Below are positions 56,642 to 63,332 of a DNA stretch of 64,000 bases, piece by piece. The DNA comes from Verrucomicrobiia bacterium (GTDB taxonomy: Bacteria; Verrucomicrobiota; Verrucomicrobiia; Limisphaerales; UBA11358). The translations under genes and the position numbers were made by a program. The stretch lies in assembly GCA_036498725.1 (NCBI GenBank), contig DASYEY010000256.1, positions 5,611 through 69,610 of the forward strand, given 5' to 3'. Under the pieces are notes generated by a model. The model ran no database searches and was not told the origin of the DNA. It saw only the letters and a program-made list of their open reading frames with translations. The first letter of the stretch is position 1, and every line of letters begins with the position of its first letter.

Positions 56642-58161
56642 GCCTGGTAAAAGGCTTCGGCAACAAATTTGGTGAACTCCTCGGTCTTGTTATCGCTGCG
56701 GGCGATTACCTGGAATGGTTCGAGCTTCGCGATTTCGGACTGCAAATCCTTTGCGGTTTTGTTACTGCACCCGATGATGGATTGGATAGATGCCGGCACC
56801 ACACCTTCGCACTGGAAAATAAATGCGAACTCCAGAAGCTCCTGAAAGTTGAAGAATGACTGCTGGTAGTCATTAGGCGACTGCGACGCAAAAAAGACAA
56901 CGATACCCTTAGAGCGGCCTTCACGGATGATGCGTTGGAGGAAAATATTTTTTTGCGGCAGGTAATTGTGGGCTTCGTCAATCACCAGGACGCAACGAAT
57001 GGTGCGCCGCCCATTTTCCACCGGGCTGTCCGGCAGCGCCGCCATTTCCTTGTAGAGCCGTTCAATCACGAGATACGCCACCAGTTCCTTGAGGACAGGC
57101 ATCTTGTGCAAGTCGATGACCATGGTGCGGTTGGTAAGGCGCTCCAATGGATCGCGCTCGCTGCCATGTTTCCAAAACAGGTTGAACGTCGCGAGGTCCC
57201 GCAGCACTTCGACGAGGGAATCGTCGTTCTTGCCGTCATCGGCGTAGTCAGCCTGGACGATGTCGAAAACATCCTGAAAATCTGGATAGGGGCGGGGCGA
57301 ACCGGCGCGCTTGGCGTAGGCCGCGCGAATCGCTTCGGCCAAAGCGCCTTTCTGGACCACGCCCAGCTTGGAACTGATGGAGGCAAAGCTCTCGGCCTTT
57401 TCGCGGGCGGAAACGGTAATGGTCGTGTCGTCATAGGCCGGCAGCACGAACGGATTGATCGGCAGATTCTGACTGCCGTTGAGCAACGAAAAGGTCTGGG
57501 CCTTGCTGACTTCAACAAAATTTTCATTGGTCCCCACGTCCCCTTTGTAGTCAAACAGGATAAAATTGGTCTGGTGGCCAGATTGGAGACGTATGTCGGC
57601 GAGCAGTTTTAGCAGGAACTGGGTTTTACCGACACCGGGCTTGCCCATGATCGCCAAATGTGAATTGGCATGACGCACCGAGTTGTTGAATTCAATGACG
57701 ATGCTGCCCTTTGTCAGAATCTCGCGACCGATAAAAATATCCAGCCCTTTACCGCGCGCCTCACGGCGGCCTTCAAATTCCACGGTTTCAACCAGTCGGA
57801 CGAGAAGTTTGGCGGAATCCTGGCCACATTCCTTAAACAGCTTTTGCAAATGGACGCACCCATTATCTATATGGTCTTTGATGAATGACCGATTGGAATA
57901 AAAATCGTCTTCGCTGATGTCGGATCGCTGGTGAACCTGGGCGACCAGTGTGCGCATGAAGAGTTCGTCGGACCCAATAAAGGTCGGGCGTTTGATTTCC
58001 ACGCCGGTAAAATCAGAACTCCGGGCAACGTTCGCGCCTTCCGTGGCGAGCGAAAGCGAAAATGCCATGCGTGCCAAGATGAATTTTTCCAACTTGGTCT
58101 CGGCCCGCAGGGCACTCAAGACATCATCGGCCGGTTGTGAGGTAAAAAGTCGATCGGCCAT
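56632..58161 (-). CDS. DndE-like domain fused to a HerA/FtsK-like (DUF87-type) P-loop ATPase
   Basis: The first roughly 125 aa (ILARMAFSLSLATEG...EIKRPTFIGSDELFMRTLV...FIKDHIDNGCVHL) resemble DndE. Walker A is MGKPGVGKTQFLL and Walker B is RCVLVIDEAHNYLP. The start lies 1 nt after the upstream stop. Confidence 0.7.
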   Translation of the reverse strand: MADRLFTSQPADDVLSALRAETKLEKFILARMAFSLSLATEGANVARSSDFTGVEIKRPTFIGSDELFMRTLVAQVHQRSDISEDDFYSNRSFIKDHIDNGCVHLQKLFKECGQDSAKLLVRLVETVEFEGRREARGKGLDIFIGREILTKGSIVIEFNNSVRHANSHLAIMGKPGVGKTQFLLKLLADIRLQSGHQTNFILFDYKGDVGTNENFVEVSKAQTFSLLNGSQNLPINPFVLPAYDDTTITVSAREKAESFASISSKLGVVQKGALAEAIRAAYAKRAGSPRPYPDFQDVFDIVQADYADDGKNDDSLVEVLRDLATFNLFWKHGSERDPLERLTNRTMVIDLHKMPVLKELVAYLVIERLYKEMAALPDSPVENGRRTIRCVLVIDEAHNYLPQKNIFLQRIIREGRSKGIVVFFASQSPNDYQQSFFNFQELLEFAFIFQCEGVVPASIQSIIGCSNKTAKDLQSEIAKLEPFQVIARSDNKTEEFTKFVAEAFYQAYR

Positions 58162-58162
58162 A

Positions 58163-60154
58163 TCATTTCTCCCAAAAATATCCTTCTTTCAAGGTGGTTA
58201 ATTCCTGTCGTTGATCAAAGAGCAAATGGGCCGCGCCGCTTAAATGCGGCTCCAGTTGCTTGAAATAGTTTTTATCAATTTCCATGTCGGTGGAGAGAAT
58301 TACCACCTGATCCGCCGCATTGGGGAAATAGTTATTAATAATGTTGTCCCGGTGCGTGCTGTCGAGGCGTGATAGCGGCGTATCAATGATGATGGGCAGC
58401 TTTAGCTGGCTGGTTTGGGCAAGTCCCCAAAGCAGCGAGACGGCGAAAACCTCTTTTTCACCGGCGGAGAGGCTTGATTTGCGCATCTCATGGCCGCTAC
58501 GGTCGCGGATCGTGATTTCGTATGTTTTGTCATCAATGACCAGGTCTTGAATCAAGCCGCTTTTGCTGGAGAGCAAACGATACATCTCAAAGGTTTTATC
58601 CTGAAGCAAGGCGACCTTGCTCAAGCGGAGGCGCACCGTGAACTGGGTCAGGAGACTGGCAATGGCGTCGCATTCATCGAGGAGCAAGGTTTTTTCCTTG
58701 GAGACATTGTGCTTTTCAAAAAGTTTGTTCACCTCCAGCTCAATCTCGGCAATGCGGCGTTCCAAGGTGAGAACTTCCTCCTCCAAGCCGCGCAACTGCT
58801 CCGTCTTCCGGCCAATCTGCGTGGAATAGCCCTCCATCTCGGTTTGCAACTGCTGGAACAATTCCTTTTCGACCTCGGTGCTGACGCCGAAATGTTGTGT
58901 GCCGACGAGCCGCTTGAGTTCCACGTCCAATTCACGCTTTTCCTCGAGCATATTCATCAGCAGAAATACCTCGCTGGATTCGATTTCATCCATGCGCCCC
59001 AACACTCGCGCCGCGTCACGCTCAGACAAATTGAGAATCTTAGCCTTGGCACCGCCGTGGGTGCCCTCGCGTAGAAGTTTGAAAATGCGCTGCTCCAATT
59101 CCGCCATTTTTTCCGGCGACAATTTTTCCCGGTAGATCGGCTCTGGTTCCTCGACGACTCGCACGAGCTGCTTGGCCAACTCACCGGCGTGCTCATGGAT
59201 GGCTCCCTGCAAGGTGTCTTCGCGCTCTGAATCAATCTGTTTTTTCAGCGGATCAAAAATTTTGCCGGCCAACGCGAAGGGCAAAAACTTCTCGGCCAGC
59301 ATTTTGATTTCATTTTCCAACTGGCCGAGTCGGTTGGAAACTTGGAGTCGCCGCTTTTCATTCTGCCGGGTGGCTTCCTGAGTTTCAGGTTCGGCATGGA
59401 ACGCGGTCTGAAACCGTTTCTTGGCCGCTTCGTTACCGGTTTTTAGTTCTTCCAACTCGGTCGTTTTTTCCTTCTGCTCGGCCTTCTTCTTGGTCAACTT
59501 GCTTTGCTCCCGTTTCAATTCAGTTTTCTTGAAGTCGAGGTCTTCATCGGAAATCTCGACAAAATTCTGCCGCTCTTGCTGCTTGAGATAAATGATGTCG
59601 CTGGACAGGCGCGTGATGGACTGGATTCCTAGAGCGGCCTCCAACGAGGATTTTAACCGCACTTCCGAATGGTCATCCGCCGCGATTTCCTGGATTTTTT
59701 CGCCGTCAAAAAAGAAAAACTGCGTGATGCTGCGCGGGACCGTGGCATTGATGAAATCCTGCCAGATTTCCTTGTTTTGGACGGAAACCCGCTTGCCGTC
59801 CTTCACGACGACCAGTTTTTCCTCCAAATCCTGCGGTCTCGGTTTCTCCACCGCCCCGGCGCTCCAACTGCGTTTGACGATAATTTCCTCGTGGTCGTCG
59901 GTTTCAAAAGTCAATTCAAACGAAACGCTAGCGTTGCCCTTGGCGAGTTCCTTGCGGTTAATGTATCGGAAGATGGCCTCGGGCTTGGCACCATAGAGGC
60001 AAATGCTGATGGCCTCGGTCAACGAGGTTTTGCCCGCGCCATTCATACCGCCGATCAGGAAAATGCTTTTGCCGGAACTGCCGACCGGGAAGCGGATTTC
60101 CACGGGCAACTGGAACGACTTGTAATTATCAATTATGAGCTTGGTAAATTTCAT
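58163..60154 (-). CDS. DndD/SspC-like SMC-type ATPase
   Basis: N-terminus MKFTKLIIDNYKSFQ...GGMNGAGKTSLTEAI, followed by a coiled coil of about 450 aa. The C-terminal LSAGEKEVFAVSLLWGLAQ...LPIIIDTPLSRLDSTHR...YFP...QVVILSTDMEI closely matches the DndD signature and Walker B region as I recall it. The 663-aa length is typical for DndD. Confidence 0.85.
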   Translation of the reverse strand: MKFTKLIIDNYKSFQLPVEIRFPVGSSGKSIFLIGGMNGAGKTSLTEAISICLYGAKPEAIFRYINRKELAKGNASVSFELTFETDDHEEIIVKRSWSAGAVEKPRPQDLEEKLVVVKDGKRVSVQNKEIWQDFINATVPRSITQFFFFDGEKIQEIAADDHSEVRLKSSLEAALGIQSITRLSSDIIYLKQQERQNFVEISDEDLDFKKTELKREQSKLTKKKAEQKEKTTELEELKTGNEAAKKRFQTAFHAEPETQEATRQNEKRRLQVSNRLGQLENEIKMLAEKFLPFALAGKIFDPLKKQIDSEREDTLQGAIHEHAGELAKQLVRVVEEPEPIYREKLSPEKMAELEQRIFKLLREGTHGGAKAKILNLSERDAARVLGRMDEIESSEVFLLMNMLEEKRELDVELKRLVGTQHFGVSTEVEKELFQQLQTEMEGYSTQIGRKTEQLRGLEEEVLTLERRIAEIELEVNKLFEKHNVSKEKTLLLDECDAIASLLTQFTVRLRLSKVALLQDKTFEMYRLLSSKSGLIQDLVIDDKTYEITIRDRSGHEMRKSSLSAGEKEVFAVSLLWGLAQTSQLKLPIIIDTPLSRLDSTHRDNIINNYFPNAADQVVILSTDMEIDKNYFKQLEPHLSGAAHLLFDQRQELTTLKEGYFWEK

Positions 60155-60189
60155 GGTCTGATTGCCTGGCTTTCAAATTGTGTTTCTCA

Positions 60190-60642
60190 TCAATTCCGGT
60201 TGCTGGACGGCCAAGAAAATAAATCCATGGATTTTTCGTCCTCCGCTTTTTTCTTGCGCCGCTTGGCCGGCGGCGGAATGGGCGCGGCGGACGGTTTTGG
60301 TTCGACCACCGCCGGAAGTTGGCTGGCCAAACGGGTCAGCGAATCCCGCAATTGATAGGCGAGCTTGCTACGGAGACGTTCGACTTCCTCTACCTTACAA
60401 ATATCCGAACTCAAATTGATTTTGATTTTGCGGAGGTCATCGGGAATGAGGATGCCCTGTTTCTCCAGCTTGCGAATGGTTTCGCCGATGGCGACCAACT
60501 GGCCGTTGATCTGGACTGGGTTTTTCTCACGGGAAAACTTTTCGACATGGCAGATGATTTCATCCAGTTCAGCCAGCAAGGTCTCGATCCGCTTTTCCAG
60601 CGACTCGAGATGCAGATGCGTTTGGTGGCCGCTTTCCGCCAT
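60190..60642 (-). CDS. Coiled-coil protein, paralog 3 (basic C-terminal tail; hypothetical)
   Basis: It shares the helical N-domain and the motif IRKLEKQGILIPDDLRKIKINL with the two upstream genes. The C-terminus is Pro-rich and then KRRKKK. The start was taken at the ATG at 60642, 2 nt after the upstream stop. Confidence 0.6.
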   Translation of the reverse strand: MAESGHQTHLHLESLEKRIETLLAELDEIICHVEKFSREKNPVQINGQLVAIGETIRKLEKQGILIPDDLRKIKINLSSDICKVEEVERLRSKLAYQLRDSLTRLASQLPAVVEPKPSAAPIPPPAKRRKKKAEDEKSMDLFSWPSSNRN

Positions 60643-60644
60643 AA

Positions 60645-61277
60645 TCAATGATGGTCTCCGTTCAGCTCCCACACGCCGCGAGGTGAGTTACTCTTCAAGA
60701 TGCCCTCTTGCACGAGATTGTAACGCTCCCAGCAGGTGTTATTTTCCCAAACCACCTCGCCGGACGCGCGTGTTTCCAGGTCGCCGGGCAAAAAACGGTT
60801 TTCCAAATGCTCCTCCATCCGCTTCAATGCTTCGTGAATGCTGGCCCGACCGTCGTGCGCTTTCAAAGCTTTGACCAGAAACTCGCGCAATACCTGTTTG
60901 TCGGTCCGGGGGACATTCGAGCGGGGGCGACGGTGCCGGGGTTTGGCGTCATGGTCCTTGGCCGGCAATGTTTTTTGAATTTCCGCCGACAAAGATTCCA
61001 GCTCGCCGCGCAAGGATTCCAACGCCTCGCCGACTTCCTCCTCCAAGCTCAACTCGGTCACCAAGGTGGTTTTCAAATTCCGAAGTTCCGTCGGGACCGA
61101 AATTCTTGACGACTCCAGCCGCTCGATGCTGCGAGCTACCTCGCGAAGCTGTTTGATTTTCTCGGTTGATTCCTCGCTGGGGACCAGGCCTAACAATTGG
61201 CCGGCAATCTCCCGCAATTCCCTGGTCAACACCTCGGCCCGTTCGGCGAGATGACGAGGATTGTGGGTAGCGGCCAT
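60645..61277 (-). CDS. Coiled-coil protein with a C-terminal Mrr_N-like winged helix, paralog 2 (hypothetical)
   Basis: The N-domain motif is IERLESSRISVPTELRNLKTTL. The C-terminal VLREFLVKALKAHDGRASIHEALKRMEEHL...GEVVWENNTCWERYNLVQEGIL...RGVWEL fits the Mrr N-terminal wHTH pattern. Confidence 0.65.
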   Translation of the reverse strand: MAATHNPRHLAERAEVLTRELREIAGQLLGLVPSEESTEKIKQLREVARSIERLESSRISVPTELRNLKTTLVTELSLEEEVGEALESLRGELESLSAEIQKTLPAKDHDAKPRHRRPRSNVPRTDKQVLREFLVKALKAHDGRASIHEALKRMEEHLENRFLPGDLETRASGEVVWENNTCWERYNLVQEGILKSNSPRGVWELNGDHH

Positions 61278-61280
61278 AGA

Positions 61281-61934
61281 TTATTTGGCGCGTGTGGCGG
61301 CAAACCGGGCAGTCAGTTCCCAATAGCCGCCATTGGTTTCATCCTTCACTGTGCCTTCTCGGACCATTACTCGGCGTTGCAGACAGGCATTGCGACGCCA
61401 AATCGGATTGTTGTTGTAATCGTCCAGATCAAGGTCGTCGGAGGTTAATTTGCCTTTCAGCATCTCACCTACTTCGTTGAGAACTGTGGTGGTTTTGGCG
61501 CGGCCATTATGGCTTTTAAGTGATTTAATGATACATTTGCGAAGCACGCTGTGAGCAGTGGTAGCTCCCGAATTGTGGCGTGCCTTGCGGTCGCCGGTTA
61601 CAGAAATCCCGCCCATATGAATCTTTGCCATTATTCTTGCCGTCTCCTGCTCAACCATGTCGAAAATATTTCGTGCCTCTTCAAACTGATGGGTTTGCAA
61701 AAGTAGGTCTGTTTTTAGATTTCGCAATTCATCTGGCACAGGGAGTTTCCTGTTTTCAAAACTTTTGATGGTCTTGGAAATCTCGTGTAACTGATCAACC
61801 TTTAGTGGTGCGTCCTTTGGAGGCCGATAGCGAGCCAGCGCGTCGGCCAAGTCGTCAAACTGGGAAATCAGCGTTTCGGCTTCGACCCGGAGCTTTTGCA
61901 AATCAACCGAATTATCAGAATCGTCTTCAGCCAT
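61281..61934 (-). CDS. Coiled-coil protein with a C-terminal Mrr_N-like winged helix, paralog 1 (hypothetical)
   Basis: The N-domain motif is IKSFENRKLPVPDELRNLKTDL. The C-terminus is VLRKCIIKSLKSHNGRAKTTTVLNEVGEML...NPIWRRNACLQRRVMVREG...GGYWEL. Confidence 0.65.
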   Translation of the reverse strand: MAEDDSDNSVDLQKLRVEAETLISQFDDLADALARYRPPKDAPLKVDQLHEISKTIKSFENRKLPVPDELRNLKTDLLLQTHQFEEARNIFDMVEQETARIMAKIHMGGISVTGDRKARHNSGATTAHSVLRKCIIKSLKSHNGRAKTTTVLNEVGEMLKGKLTSDDLDLDDYNNNPIWRRNACLQRRVMVREGTVKDETNGGYWELTARFAATRAK

Positions 61935-62118
61935 GATGTGGTTCAGGTTTTAGACCACCGGCGACAATTTCCTTCAAGGCCTCGTAGATGCCGTGGCGGC
62001 GATCCTTGAATTCGTATTCTTTAACGGTGTCGAGCAACTTCAACACCTTGTCGTAATTGACCTTGTGCTCGTCACAAAGTTGCTGCAACAGCCGTTTGTC
62101 TTCGACGGAAAGCTTCAT
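61927..62118 (-). CDS. 63-aa helical protein (hypothetical)
   Basis: It has an ATG start 2 nt after the upstream stop. Its 3' end overlaps the next start by 8 nt. The charged helical sequence is MKLSVEDKRLLQQLCDEHKVNYDKVLKLLDTVKEYEF. Confidence 0.5.
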   Translation of the reverse strand: MKLSVEDKRLLQQLCDEHKVNYDKVLKLLDTVKEYEFKDRRHGIYEALKEIVAGGLKPEPHHG

Positions 62119-62120
62119 GA

Positions 62121-63332
62121 TTATCTCCCGGAATGCGTTACGTGATAGATTAGCGGCTCCAGCTCCAAACCCAAGTCTTTTAGATTAGGCTGCTTCATCG
62201 TGAAAACCCGTGGCGATTTGCTCAGGGCGGAGAACACGATGTAGAGGTGATAATTTGCCAACTCGGCCGATTTCTCCAACTCGTTTGCGGAGAGGTAAAA
62301 TCCGTTTTGCAGATTTGGCCCAGTGGTGGCCTTAACCTCAATCGGGCGCTCCGTGCCGTCATCTTCAAACGAAAGAATGTCGTAACCCAAACCGTCCTCG
62401 CTATCGGCTACATGGTCAACCTTTTCTGCCAATTCCGATTTGCCGCCTTGAATGAGGCGCTGTTTCTCCAGGGCCAGCACGATCAACTCGCCACGGTCGC
62501 CGGTGCGCTTTGTTTTTTTTTGCCGGGCCTCGTAATCAATTTTGCCGCGACCGGTTGGCTGGTTCCCAGCGGCGGGAGGTAAAGCTGGCATGTCTCTTAT
62601 GAACGCCGCACCATCAATGGCCGTTCTGAGCATCGGGATGCCGGGAGCCGCACTGCCGGACTTCTTAGGATCAACCGGGTGACCAAACACTTCGTAAAGC
62701 AGGCGCATGTAAAGCGCGGGTGGCTGAGCTTTCAACTTTGGCCAGGTGGCGCGATACTCCATGAGCGCTTGCTGCATGTCCGCTTCACATTCGAACGCGC
62801 CGTCCAAATCTAACGCTGCTATGAAATGCTCCAGATGCTGCCAAGCATATATGGGGGCGAACTTTTCAGGGAAATAAACGAAAAGAATTTTCCCCTTGAA
62901 CATGGGAGACAGGGCGTTACCGGCAATTGCAGCAAAGTCGTTGGTTGCTGCGGCACGAATTAAATCAACAATCGCCTGCTTAATTGAAGCAAAGGCGGCT
63001 GATAGATTGTTTCCCCATTTCTTTGTGAAACGGTATTCTTTGGGCGTATTTTCGCCAAATTCGCCGAAATACACACCAAACTTAGGCGAAAACGCACCGA
63101 CGATTTTCCCGAAAGTGTCCATCTCCCGTTCGAGGCGATAGCAGAAAGAGCGATTGGCTTTACCTTTGCCGATGACGTATTCATCTAGCTCGAGGCTGAG
63201 AATTTTATGGGACGGAAAATCGGCAACGAAGTCCTGACGGGTTTGCTCGGCTTGTTTCCATTCTTCCAGATCGCGCTGCGCGAACATGGGGACGAGCCGG
63301 GCAATTTCGTCCGCCATCGCCAGCCGATTCAT
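62121..63332 (-). CDS. DUF3883-type (PD-(D/E)xK-like) nuclease domain protein with an unassigned N-terminal domain
   Basis: The C-terminal GDRGELIVLALEKQRL...GYDILSFEDDGTERPIEVKATTG...FYLSANELEKS...YHLYIVF matches the DUF3883 pattern. The start was chosen at MNRLAMADEI (ATG 63332), which forms an ATGA overlap with the upstream stop. Confidence 0.75.
   Translation of the reverse strand: MNRLAMADEIARLVPMFAQRDLEEWKQAEQTRQDFVADFPSHKILSLELDEYVIGKGKANRSFCYRLEREMDTFGKIVGAFSPKFGVYFGEFGENTPKEYRFTKKWGNNLSAAFASIKQAIVDLIRAAATNDFAAIAGNALSPMFKGKILFVYFPEKFAPIYAWQHLEHFIAALDLDGAFECEADMQQALMEYRATWPKLKAQPPALYMRLLYEVFGHPVDPKKSGSAAPGIPMLRTAIDGAAFIRDMPALPPAAGNQPTGRGKIDYEARQKKTKRTGDRGELIVLALEKQRLIQGGKSELAEKVDHVADSEDGLGYDILSFEDDGTERPIEVKATTGPNLQNGFYLSANELEKSAELANYHLYIVFSALSKSPRVFTMKQPNLKDLGLELEPLIYHVTHSGR

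Noticed and set aside
56632-60154. Interpreting the DndD-like and DndE-like genes as a conventional DNA phosphorothioation (Dnd or Ssp) modification locus.
   Set aside because: The visible operon has no cysteine desulfurase (DndA/IscS/SspA), no PAPS-reductase-like DndC/SspD and no DndB. DndE is also fused to a HerA-like ATPase. I therefore describe it as Dnd-derived rather than as a PT system, pending sequence beyond the window.
58490-60355. Plus-strand ORFs of 194 aa (58490-59074), 134 aa (59592-59996) and 228 aa (59669-60355) opposite the DndD-like gene.
   Set aside because: They lie within a minus-strand gene that has clear Walker A, signature and Walker B motifs. Antisense reading of coiled-coil Glu/Lys/Leu codons gives long Phe/Leu/Gln-rich open frames.
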